Assembly (NCBI GenBank): GCA_964497155.1
Contig: CAZCCB010000009.1
Location: 4,385-32,000, forward strand
Source: an uncultured Nitrososphaerota archaeon
GTDB taxonomy: Archaea; Thermoproteota; Methanomethylicia; Culexarchaeales; Culexmicrobiaceae
Direction of reading: 5' to 3'
Length of the DNA stretch: 27,616 nucleotides
The notes beneath the pieces were generated by a model. That model was not told the DNA's origin. It searched no databases and was given only the letters and a program-made list of their open reading frames with translations. Shown here in pieces: positions 11,166-19,872 of the stretch (positions are counted from its first letter, which is position 1; each line of letters opens with the position of its first letter). A program made the translations under genes and the position numbers.

Positions 11166-12440
11166 TTAGGTTTTAGTTTTTATTATTTCATTATTTTCTG
11201 GGATAATTATTTCAGTCTTTAATGTATCTCTAATCTCTTCTGCAAAAACTTTTAGATTTTCCTTTTCTCCATGTATCATTACAATTTCTGCATCTTCTCT
11301 TTTTTCCTTAACTTTTTTAATTATATCTGTTAACTCTTTCTTTCCACAATGAGATGAAAAGTCGAACCATTTTACTTTTGCTTTCACTTTTTCTATTCTT
11401 TTTCCGAAGTTAAATACTCCGTTTTCTAAAAGAATATGACCTGGGGTTCCAGGTATTTGATATGATACTAGGAAAACTGCATTTTTCTCATTTCTAGCTA
11501 ATTTTTTCATATAAAAGACTGCTGTTCCTCCCTTAAGCATACCTGCTGGGGAAACTATTATTGCTGGTTTTTTACAAGCTTTTTTTCTTTGACTCCATCC
11601 AGAAATCCATATTGCCTTTTCAAGTGCTCTTGCCAGCAATTTATAATTTCTAAAGAACTCTGGATATCTTAACATTATTTTACTTGCTCTTCTGGCCATT
11701 CCGTCTAAGAAAATTTTTGATTTAACTTTATGAGCTGTCAATATACATAATATCTCTTGAGATCTTCCTACTGAGAATGCAGGTATTAATACTGTCCCTC
11801 CGTTATCAATTATTTTTTGAATTTCATCTACAAATTCCTTTTCTAATTCTCTTCTATTTGGGTGATTAGTTGTTGTATAGGTACCTTCCATTATGATTAA
11901 ATCTAATTTTGGAAGTTTTTTGGGTGCACCTTTTAATAATCTAGTGTTTATAGTGTTTAGATCTCCAGTAAAGAGGATTCTTTTTCCATTAGCTTCTATT
12001 ATAGTCATCATACTGCCTGGAATGTGTCCTGCATTTAAAAATCTAATTGACATATCTTTTATCTTTATTCTCTGACCATAAGATACTGGGTATAAGTTAC
12101 GTAGCATTGTATCTAATTCAATGTTTTCATATGGAAGATAATAACCTGATATTTTTATTAAATCTTGAATTAAGAGTTCAGTAATTTCAGCTGTTAATTT
12201 TGTTGCTATAAATTTCGGTTTTTCAGTAATGTATAATAGTGGAATGCTGCCTGAATGATCTAAATGTGCGTGACTTAAAATTACTGCTTTTATTTCTTTA
12301 GGAGAAACATGGAAAGGGTATTCAGGCTCACCATTGGTTAACATTATTCCGTAGTCGAGTAGAATATTGTTCTCATTATGCATTAATAAGATTCCTATTC
12401 TTCCTATTTCTCCACCGCCACCTAGAATTCTGAGCTTCAA
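11166..12440 (-). CDS. Metallo-beta-lactamase / beta-CASP family RNase (aCPSF2-like, no KH domains)
   Basis: 424 aa. HAHLDHSG motif 2, later GH, EGTY and a C-terminal H (MIHGE) typical of the beta-CASP RNA-metabolising MBL fold. Size matches the KH-less archaeal group. Confidence 0.85.
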   Translation of the reverse strand: MKLRILGGGGEIGRIGILLMHNENNILLDYGIMLTNGEPEYPFHVSPKEIKAVILSHAHLDHSGSIPLLYITEKPKFIATKLTAEITELLIQDLIKISGYYLPYENIELDTMLRNLYPVSYGQRIKIKDMSIRFLNAGHIPGSMMTIIEANGKRILFTGDLNTINTRLLKGAPKKLPKLDLIIMEGTYTTTNHPNRRELEKEFVDEIQKIIDNGGTVLIPAFSVGRSQEILCILTAHKVKSKIFLDGMARRASKIMLRYPEFFRNYKLLARALEKAIWISGWSQRKKACKKPAIIVSPAGMLKGGTAVFYMKKLARNEKNAVFLVSYQIPGTPGHILLENGVFNFGKRIEKVKAKVKWFDFSSHCGKKELTDIIKKVKEKREDAEIVMIHGEKENLKVFAEEIRDTLKTEIIIPENNEIIKTKT

Positions 12441-12507
12441 TTTTTTCCCTCACTTCAACATAGATAACTTTTAAACGTTGTTTATCAAAGTTGTGTATGG
12501 GAGAGTC

Positions 12508-13233
12508 ATGGCTACTAAAATAATTTTACAGGAAGAGGTTGATTTAAGTAATTGCACCTTTATATCTGGCTTCCATGGTATAGGATTAGCTGGCTTTATT
12601 GCAGTTAAGCATTTAATTAAAAAATTGAAAGCGAAAAGAATAGGTTTTTTGGAATCACGTCTCCTTCCTCCTTTCATATCAATTGATGTAGATAATAATA
12701 TAATAACTCCATTTGAATTCTTTAAGTATAATAACTGCATTTTCTTTTTAACGGAATTCCCTCCTTATGAAAAGGAGATGTATACTCTTTCTAAAGTTCT
12801 TGCAGACTGGATTGTTAATAATAAGTTTTCTAAGGCAATATTAATTGGTGGGCTTGATAAAAGATTCAAGCATAGTGAAGAAATTTCATGTAAATTCATA
12901 ATGACTTCAGCCTTTAAGAAAGCTGGCTTTATAGCTAAGGAATTACCAATATTGGATAGCGGATTACATGCATTTGGGCTCTTAGCATTACTTCTCGCTA
13001 GATTTGAGATTAGAAACTTTCCTGCACTAGCTATTTTGCCTTATGCTGACGCTTCAAGACCTGATCCTCTTGCAGCTTCAGTAGCTATTGATTTCTTAAA
13101 TAAATTTCTCGGTTTAAATGTTGATACTTCTGAATTAATAAGAGATGCTGAAAGAATTGAGCAGGAAATTAAAGCCATACAGCAATTAGCTAAAAAACTT
13201 AAGGCTCCTCATGAAAAGACATTATACATGTAG
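12508..13233 (+). CDS. PAC2-family protein (proteasome assembly chaperone-like)
   Basis: N-terminal FISGFHGIGLAGFIAVKHLI resembles the PAC2 family G-[FL]-x-G-x-G-x-[VA]-G signature. Size of about 240 aa fits. Start moved to ATG 12508 (MATKII...). Confidence 0.7.
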   Translation: MATKIILQEEVDLSNCTFISGFHGIGLAGFIAVKHLIKKLKAKRIGFLESRLLPPFISIDVDNNIITPFEFFKYNNCIFFLTEFPPYEKEMYTLSKVLADWIVNNKFSKAILIGGLDKRFKHSEEISCKFIMTSAFKKAGFIAKELPILDSGLHAFGLLALLLARFEIRNFPALAILPYADASRPDPLAASVAIDFLNKFLGLNVDTSELIRDAERIEQEIKAIQQLAKKLKAPHEKTLYM

Positions 13234-14850
13234 AATCTCTCCACTTAACGTTTTCAATATTTCTTTAAGTTCTTTTGTTCCATTCCTTACAATCTTTACT
13301 TTAACATTAAGTTTATTACATAATTTTTTAAGTCTATTTACAATTTTTTCATTTAGATAATGATGATCTTCATCCTTGTATATGATTACAAATCTATAGT
13401 TATTGTTCTTCAAAAGTATCTCTGCGGCTTTTAATATTACTTTATAGGAATTTAAATCTTTATGTATTGATTTCTCATGTTGTGTGAGCGGATAAATTTC
13501 ATCAATTTCTAATGGTATTATTCCAAATGGTACACAGTAAATACATTCATGTACTTCTACAGCTCTTTCCCTTAATGTCTTATTTACTATCTTAATTATC
13601 CTCTTTACCTTTTTGCTTTTATGATATGGTTTTTCAATAGGATCAGGTATAAGTAAGAGTATTTTTTTATCATGAAATCTAACGTTTCTTTGTAACTTTA
13701 TTAAATGTCTAGTGATCTCCGGCCTTGATAATCCTTCATATGAAAAGTAGAAAATCCCCTTGACTTTACCTTTTAATGATGGATCATACTTTTCTAGATA
13801 TTTCCTATATTTCATTAACCTGAGAACTGCCTGATGTAATTGTGGATGTGCCCTCGCCTTTATTTCAATTAATTCCCATAATGTTCCCTCATGAATTGCC
13901 TGCTTAATGTTATTAATTTCCTTAATGATAACTGACAAATTGTGTTCAGCTAATATCTGCATTCTACTTTTCTTATCAAGTTCCTTTAATTCTTTTGCCT
14001 CATATTTTCTGCATACTTCACAGTTACATGGAAGTACTTCTAATCTATCAAGCTTTATAGTTCCTGTTGGAGTGATGTACCTGTCATCACGTGCATAGAT
14101 GGCGTAGGATGCCGAATCAAATGTATCGCATCCAAGTGCTACTAATAATGGAAGAATAAGCGGATGACCTGCTCCAAATAAATGTACTGGTCTATTTATT
14201 GGTAATTCTCTTTTTGCATTAACGACTAAATCTACAAGATCATCAAAACGGTAGTTCTCCATTAATTGAGTTGGCCCTCCGATTGCATGCATTTGAAAAT
14301 TCATTGATCCAATTTTCCTTGCACAATACCTAACTAAATCAGTATAGATTCCTCCCTGAACTGGGCCAACCCAAATAATATCACTTCTAGTAATTTTTTC
14401 AATGCTTATTTTTGCATTTTTAATTGTCCTCCATACAGTTTCCCTTGCTTCTTTATATGATGCAGTTCCAGATGTAGGTATATCTAAAATAACTGCAATA
14501 TCAGAATTAAGTTTTTCTTGAATCTCTATTATTTCAATGGGATCTATCGATACTTTTTTATATACCAGAATTTGATATGCTCCTGAATCGGTCATTATTA
14601 TATCATTAAAGTTTAGAATTTCATGTATATCTCTAATTGGCATTGATCGCTGAATTAGATACTTGCTTAAAATATATGCGTTTGTTATTATATTTTTTAT
14701 TTTAAATTTATTTTTTAATATATTTACTGGTATTATGTTGTTTCTCGGATTAATTACTGGAAAAAATGCTGGGGTTTCAATAACTCCCATTTTAGTTACC
14801 AGTTTTCCAGTTCTTCCAGCAAGATCCTTCTCTTTCACTTCAAATATCAT
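13222..14850 (-). CDS. tgtA: Archaeosine tRNA-guanine transglycosylase (ArcTGT), short form without a recognisable PUA domain
   Basis: 542 aa. MTDSGAYQ, GGPTQLMENY, HLFGAGHP and Zn site CNCEVCRKY...H are TGT motifs. The C-terminal region of about 180 aa resembles the ArcTGT C1 domain. Nothing looks like the C2/PUA tail. Confidence 0.9.
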   Translation of the reverse strand: MIFEVKEKDLAGRTGKLVTKMGVIETPAFFPVINPRNNIIPVNILKNKFKIKNIITNAYILSKYLIQRSMPIRDIHEILNFNDIIMTDSGAYQILVYKKVSIDPIEIIEIQEKLNSDIAVILDIPTSGTASYKEARETVWRTIKNAKISIEKITRSDIIWVGPVQGGIYTDLVRYCARKIGSMNFQMHAIGGPTQLMENYRFDDLVDLVVNAKRELPINRPVHLFGAGHPLILPLLVALGCDTFDSASYAIYARDDRYITPTGTIKLDRLEVLPCNCEVCRKYEAKELKELDKKSRMQILAEHNLSVIIKEINNIKQAIHEGTLWELIEIKARAHPQLHQAVLRLMKYRKYLEKYDPSLKGKVKGIFYFSYEGLSRPEITRHLIKLQRNVRFHDKKILLLIPDPIEKPYHKSKKVKRIIKIVNKTLRERAVEVHECIYCVPFGIIPLEIDEIYPLTQHEKSIHKDLNSYKVILKAAEILLKNNNYRFVIIYKDEDHHYLNEKIVNRLKKLCNKLNVKVKIVRNGTKELKEILKTLSGEILHV

Positions 14851-14857
14851 GAGTTTC

Positions 14858-15304
14858 TCACTTTCTTTCCCTCTTTTTCTCAGCTACAAACTGTTCATAT
14901 ACTCTTTTTACTCTTTCAGCTACTGGTCCACTTCCTTCTACAACCCCTTCTTCCGTAACTCTTATTCTATCCATTACGACGATTACTCCTGCCTCTTCAT
15001 AAAGCTTAACCATATTTGGAAACATTTTCTCCAATCGTTCAGCCAGTCCTTTTAAATCAAAAGGCTCCTCCTGTCTTATTATTTCTGAAATTACATCTCC
15101 CCGGATAAATACTCTTGCATAGACTGTTCCTTGATTATCCTTAGCCTCAGATAAGCATAGACTTAATGTATTTGGGTCATATCCTATCAGCTTTCCTAAA
15201 TAAGTTTTTCCATGAATAGTTTTTACACTAACGGTTTTATCAAGTAGAGCAGCTAATTCTCTAAGAAATCTCACACTTCCAGTTGCAGTTAAGCTACTTG
15301 CCAT
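14858..15304 (-). CDS. Lsm/Sm-like protein with a C-terminal extension (SmAP3-like)
   Basis: Sm fold segment LLDKTVSVKTIHGKTYLGKLIGYDPNTLSLCLSEA...VFIRGDVISEI, followed by an extra domain of about 70 aa, as in crenarchaeal SmAP3. Start placed at MASSL (ATG 15304), which has a GGAGG upstream. The ORF-track start 15388 overlaps the rpo8 start region. Confidence 0.75.
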   Translation of the reverse strand: MASSLTATGSVRFLRELAALLDKTVSVKTIHGKTYLGKLIGYDPNTLSLCLSEAKDNQGTVYARVFIRGDVISEIIRQEEPFDLKGLAERLEKMFPNMVKLYEEAGVIVVMDRIRVTEEGVVEGSGPVAERVKRVYEQFVAEKKRERK

Positions 15305-15378
15305 AAATTTTCCTCCAACCCAATTGACGCAGAAGAATTTATTTGTTTTTTCATTCAATAAGCTTTCGGCGATCACTA

Positions 15379-15753
15379 ATGAATGCAATTGTTAAGCTCA
15401 GACTGGATCGCATTGAGCAATCTGAAATTAGAGGTATTCTAGCTTTTCATTTTTCAGAAATAAATGGAGATCTAAGCATAGATGGAGAACTTCCTGAAAG
15501 CTTAATTGTCAATAAGCTTAAATTAAATAGCAATGTAATTATCATTATATCTAATGATGAGCTCTCTGTTGGAGATTTAAAGAAGTATGGTTCTCCTGTA
15601 ATTATTTGTGAAGGAATTCTTTACAAGAAAGCTAAGGAGGATGATAAGAATAAGTATTGGATTTCGCTTCATGGGTTTCAATTCAGAATTGAGACTAAGA
15701 AAGATTTCTTAGAAAGCATGGGCAGAATATGGTTTGGAATAGCAGTTAAATAA
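15379..15753 (+). CDS. rpo8: RNA polymerase subunit Rpo8 (RpoG)-like protein
   Basis: 124 aa from ATG 15379. From my memory of Sulfolobus RpoG, the C-terminal block NKYWISLHGFQFRIETKKDFL...RIWFGIAVK resembles ...YTTIISLYGLLVKIISNKESFL...HVYFCVKK. The N-terminus is less clear. Confidence 0.6.
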   Translation: MNAIVKLRLDRIEQSEIRGILAFHFSEINGDLSIDGELPESLIVNKLKLNSNVIIIISNDELSVGDLKKYGSPVIICEGILYKKAKEDDKNKYWISLHGFQFRIETKKDFLESMGRIWFGIAVK

Positions 15754-15904
15754 TTTTATTACTTTCACTCTTCTCTCTACTTGATAACCAAATAATAGAA
15801 TGTATCTTACATATAATAAAGTGTACTTATTTATTATTTAAATGAATAATAGTATAAGAAAAAGTTAATATTTGAAAAAAGTTTAATATCAAAAAGGGAT
15901 TTAA

Positions 15905-16906
15905 ATGACCGATAAACGATTTAGATGTAAAGAGTGTGGTGGTTCCCTAACAATTTCAGAATACGGAGAATTAGTGTGCACAAATTGTGGTCTAGTTAAC
16001 GATAAAATCTATCTTCCTCCGCTCTTCGAAATTGAACCTCTTTCAGATTTCTCTGCAACCTCTAAGGTATATGTAAGTCCTGATTGGAAACCTACTAGAA
16101 GTGATGGACTTGGAACAATAATTTTAAGATGTAGAAATTTCCTTAAAAAAGATAGAAGTAATATATCTAATTACATTAGGTTCATGAAATTAAGCTATAT
16201 ACACGAAATTTATTCTCGTGATCCATTTTATAAATCCACATTAAATGCTTTCTATGCTCTAAGGAGAGCATGCTCCAACTTAAGAGTGTCTTCACATATT
16301 TTTCAAAGAGCTTCATATATTTTTTTAAAAGCTATAAAACATGTAAGAGAAGCAGGATCGAGCTATGTAATTGCTGCAGCTTCATTACTAATAGCTGTGA
16401 GAGATTTAAATTACCCAATTACATTAAGAGAGATAGCCTCTACATTTTCCCAAATGGGACATAGAGTACTCGCTAAATCAATATCCAAAGCTGCAATCTT
16501 AATAGCTAGAAGACTAAACATTAATTGGAAATTACGTAGAGTAGAGGACTATCTACCTCGTATAGTAAATAATTTAAAATTTATTTATGAAGTGAATCAC
16601 CGCATAAATGATTTAGAAATTGATAAAGACACATACTTTAATTCGTTATTAAATGTCTCTTATAAAATTGCAAAAATATTAGATGATAAAATTAGAATGG
16701 GAAAAAATCCATATCTATTGGCAATTTCAATAGTTTATATTGCTGATAAAATAATAGCTAAAGAACTTAATTGCAAACCAATTCTCTCTCAAAAAACATT
16801 AGCTATCCATTTAAAATCAACTGAATATACAATAAGGCAGCACTTTAAAATAATAAATGAAATACTTAAACGTCATGGAATATCGGTTTCACTTAATTAC
16901 TACTAA
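15905..16906 (+). CDS. Transcription factor B (TFIIB) paralog, full length but divergent
   Basis: 333 aa. N-terminal Zn ribbon C-x2-C-x13-C-x2-C (CKECGGSLTISEYGELVCTNCG). First cyclin fold: FQRASYIFLKAIKHVREAGSSYVIAAASLLIAVRDLNYPITLREIA. Second cyclin fold: GKNPYLLAISIVYIADKI...SQKTLAIHLKSTEYTIRQHFKII. Preceded by a 151-nt very AT-rich spacer. Confidence 0.85.
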   Translation: MTDKRFRCKECGGSLTISEYGELVCTNCGLVNDKIYLPPLFEIEPLSDFSATSKVYVSPDWKPTRSDGLGTIILRCRNFLKKDRSNISNYIRFMKLSYIHEIYSRDPFYKSTLNAFYALRRACSNLRVSSHIFQRASYIFLKAIKHVREAGSSYVIAAASLLIAVRDLNYPITLREIASTFSQMGHRVLAKSISKAAILIARRLNINWKLRRVEDYLPRIVNNLKFIYEVNHRINDLEIDKDTYFNSLLNVSYKIAKILDDKIRMGKNPYLLAISIVYIADKIIAKELNCKPILSQKTLAIHLKSTEYTIRQHFKIINEILKRHGISVSLNYY

Positions 16907-16940
16907 TATTTTTCCATATTGCCTAAAGGTGAATATCCAA

Positions 16941-19052
16941 ATGAATATATTTTTGAATAACATGTGTTTTCTATCTCCATTAATTGTCATGAAATCAACT
17001 CATACCTTAATTATGAAAATTAACTGCCCTAAAAAATGTGTTTTTAAGTCTTTTTTTGGTGAGAAAATATGTATCTCCTCTTTTGCATTGGCATATGCTT
17101 CATGTAAAATTACTAATAAAAATATTAAGGTCAAAATAAGCGGTGGAACGATTAAATATGATAATGACTATATTGAGTCCCTTGCCAATATTATTTATAG
17201 CATAAGATTTAAAAACCCCACTTACTTTCATGAAATAATCAATAAATGTAAATACTCCAATGATATATTTGCCCAAGCCATTTTGGATATCGTATCACTT
17301 TATCCCAATATTGGAACATTATATTATGATATTCATGTCTTAGATGAATTATCTAATCTAATAAAAAAGTGTGACATATTACCTAACTATATTAAGAAAT
17401 TTATTAAAAAAATCAACAAAAAATATTATAAATCAATTTCGAAGGATTTCCCATACAATGAAACATATGAGTCATCACTAATAAACGATACTTCAGTAAC
17501 TAACCTAAACTTCTCATGTAAAAAACATTCCTATATCATTAATGATATATTTATGGTTACTCTAATCCATGAAAATTCATCATTTAATCCAACTTACTAT
17601 GTTAATTATAAACCTGAATTACATCAACTCCTTCCAACCTTATGGTCAACAAGCACCTTTATATCGCTTAAAAAATTATCTAGTATAGGAATTGGTCATG
17701 GATTTCTCTCAAAAATAATAACTAAACGCCAAAGATTAGCTTTCAATTTTCTTAAAAAATATTTTCCAGAATTCCCAGGTGAGGTTTTAGGAAAAATTGC
17801 TTTTCTCGCGGGATTTGATTCAATTGGATTCTTGAAGATTGCTCCATTTCTCCTTGATGATAATGTTGAAGAATTCTTTATTGATCGGCCTAACTCTCCC
17901 ATTTACATTGATCATTCTAAGTGGGGAAGATGCAAATCAAATATCCTGATAACTTCAAACGATATAAACAGAATATTAACCCAGCTCAAAGCTGAAAGTG
18001 GTCTTAGACTAGATATGTTATCTCCTTCACTTAAAACAGATATTATAACTAAAATTTTCCATGTAAGAGTTTCAGCAGATATTTCACCATTGACAGTTGA
18101 CGGCCCTTCAATAATTTTTAGATGTTTTAAAAGAAAACCCCTAACAATAATTGATCTAATTAATAATGGTACATTAAGTATTAAAGCTGCAGCATATTTG
18201 ATTTTCTGTCTATTCCACAGGAGAAATATCATGGCCATAGGTGAACCCGCCTCTGGAAAAACAACTCTAATTAACGCACTAGACATGATTACGCCTCCAC
18301 ATTGGAGAAAAATTTCCATAGAATCAGCTGTAGAAAGTATAAGACAAGTAAATCTTGAGCATTATCAAGTTAGATATCGAGTAGATCCATTTGAAAGTTC
18401 AAAACCTTTAAGGAGAAAATATACTGAAGTTATAAAGCTTCTCCATCGTTCTCCTAATTTCATTTTTCTAGGAGAACTTCTTACTCATGAACATGTTAAA
18501 GCCCTTTTCTATGCACTATTATCTGGATTAAAAGGATTAGAAACATGTCATGCAAGTTCTTTAAAAGCCTTAATATTAAAATGGACACTATATTATAAGA
18601 TACCTTGGTTTTATCTACCTGAGCTAGATGTTGTAATTCAAATGAAAAGAATACTTCTCCCATTAGTTAATAAGAGATTGGTTTGGAGGATAAGTGAGAT
18701 AGAGCTTATTGAATCCAATGATTATGATCATGTTAAAATGCATAATTTTCCTCAAGCGTTTAGAATTCTCGACATTTTCAAGTATGATTCAATAAATGGA
18801 TTATCCCCTACAGTTAACTTATACGAGACTCCGGTATTGAAAAAAATAAGAGATGAAGAATATCTAACCAAAGAAAATTTTTATAGTGAACTAAATTTCT
18901 ATGAAAAAATAATTAATTTACTAATTAAAAATAAAATATCTGATAATAAAACTATTATAAAGGTTTTTGCTAAAGCATTTTTATTGTCAAAAAATAGAAA
19001 TTTCAATTTAAAGGAGGTTTTAAGTATTGTCCATTCTCTTAAAAGTGTATAA
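16941..19052 (+). CDS. Type IV filament / secretion ATPase of the FlaI-TadA-VirB11 (T2SSE) superfamily with a long N-terminal extension
   Basis: Walker A GEPASGKTT (18240-18266), Asp-box-like KISIESAVE, Walker B FIFLGELL (18459-18482), His box ETCHASS (from 18543). Upstream FlaI-like N2 region: LLDDNVEEFFIDRPNSPIYIDHSKWGRCKSNI...LSPSLKTDI...VRVSADISPLTVDGPSIIFRCFKRKPLTIIDLINNGTLS. Start placed at ATG 16941, with AGGTGA 8 nt upstream. The ORF-track start 16857 would overlap the TFB gene by 50 nt. Confidence 0.85.
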   Translation: MNIFLNNMCFLSPLIVMKSTHTLIMKINCPKKCVFKSFFGEKICISSFALAYASCKITNKNIKVKISGGTIKYDNDYIESLANIIYSIRFKNPTYFHEIINKCKYSNDIFAQAILDIVSLYPNIGTLYYDIHVLDELSNLIKKCDILPNYIKKFIKKINKKYYKSISKDFPYNETYESSLINDTSVTNLNFSCKKHSYIINDIFMVTLIHENSSFNPTYYVNYKPELHQLLPTLWSTSTFISLKKLSSIGIGHGFLSKIITKRQRLAFNFLKKYFPEFPGEVLGKIAFLAGFDSIGFLKIAPFLLDDNVEEFFIDRPNSPIYIDHSKWGRCKSNILITSNDINRILTQLKAESGLRLDMLSPSLKTDIITKIFHVRVSADISPLTVDGPSIIFRCFKRKPLTIIDLINNGTLSIKAAAYLIFCLFHRRNIMAIGEPASGKTTLINALDMITPPHWRKISIESAVESIRQVNLEHYQVRYRVDPFESSKPLRRKYTEVIKLLHRSPNFIFLGELLTHEHVKALFYALLSGLKGLETCHASSLKALILKWTLYYKIPWFYLPELDVVIQMKRILLPLVNKRLVWRISEIELIESNDYDHVKMHNFPQAFRILDIFKYDSINGLSPTVNLYETPVLKKIRDEEYLTKENFYSELNFYEKIINLLIKNKISDNKTIIKVFAKAFLLSKNRNFNLKEVLSIVHSLKSV

Positions 19053-19872
19053 TTATATGGATTTTCCTCTTCCAATGAAAATCGTCAATAAATTGGCTTC
19101 AGATGAGCTTAAAGAATCCATTAAATATTTATCGATAAGAAGCGGTATAGAATATTTATCAACCAGAGCTATAATTTCGTCCTCGATAGCATTGTCATCA
19201 ATAATTTCATTTTTATGCTTTTTAGTATTGACATTCATATTCCTAATTAATGTTTTCTTATCCTTTTTATTATCAATTCTATTTTTCATAATAATCTACA
19301 ATTTTATTTTAACATTTCCAATTAGAATATATCAACATGATAAAATTATCCTTTCAAGGTATGCCTACCTAATACTGCGAGAATTGTCAATGGTTATATC
19401 AATAACTGGCTCATTACTTGATGCCCTAATTTTCATTAAGTTTGGTAATTATCCAATAATCTCTAAGGATATGAAATCAATAATTTTATCTTGCTTTAAT
19501 GGCTTTCCTCCAGGTCATGCCCTTAATATGTATGCTTCCTTTTTACCTTCAATCACCTTAAGAAATGGTTTAAAATTAATTTCAAATCCTAATATACTTT
19601 CGTCTGAAACTCTATCCTCAATATGCTATCTTACTACTTCAGAGATAAAAGGTATTCTTAAAGATCACCAATCTAAAATTGAATTATACTGTTTAATGCT
19701 TATAGTATTAGGATTACTCTTCCCATTTTCATATCTCATGCTAATTCCATTCCTAAAGACACATGTTATAGATCTTTCAATAATACCTTTCATAATGATT
19801 ATTCTTCACATTATCTTACTATCCCTGCTCACAAAAAAATTAATGGAGAAAATTAGAGGGGTGTTAAATTGA
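19027..19872 (+). CDS. Polytopic membrane protein, single T2SSF domain (TadB/TadC/FlaJ-like platform protein)
   Basis: 281 aa. N-terminal hydrophobic helices, a central soluble helical segment (SRYAYLILRELSMVISITGSLLDALIFIKFGNYPIISKDMKSIILSCFNGFPPGHALNMYA) and C-terminal TM helices, which is the T2SSF architecture. The TTG start has a strong GGAGG 9 nt upstream and overlaps the ATPase stop by 26 nt. Confidence 0.7.
   Translation: MSILLKVYNYMDFPLPMKIVNKLASDELKESIKYLSIRSGIEYLSTRAIISSSIALSSIISFLCFLVLTFIFLINVFLSFLLSILFFIIIYNFILTFPIRIYQHDKIILSRYAYLILRELSMVISITGSLLDALIFIKFGNYPIISKDMKSIILSCFNGFPPGHALNMYASFLPSITLRNGLKLISNPNILSSETLSSICYLTTSEIKGILKDHQSKIELYCLMLIVLGLLFPFSYLMLIPFLKTHVIDLSIIPFIMIILHIILLSLLTKKLMEKIRGVLN

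Noticed and set aside
12471-12740. 89-aa minus-strand ORF at the PAC2 5' end
   Set aside because: It is antisense to the PAC2-family gene and overlaps the promoter gap. It shows no motif.
14663-15055. 130-aa plus-strand hydrophobic ORF bridging the tgtA start and the Lsm gene end
   Set aside because: It is antisense to two well-supported genes. The Phe/Ser/Leu-rich sequence is what antisense reading of Lys/Glu-rich coding DNA produces.
16857-16940. Upstream start for the ATPase, overlapping the TFB paralog by 50 nt
   Set aside because: The ATG at 16941 has a properly spaced AGGTGA ribosome-binding motif and avoids the long overlap. The extra 28 residues have no features. This is not excluded, only less likely.
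17696-18319. Two minus-strand ORFs (68 and 135 aa) inside the ATPase gene, and 19053-19289 and 19919-20104 inside the platform genes
   Set aside because: They are antisense to genes with clear ATPase and T2SSF features and have no independent signals.
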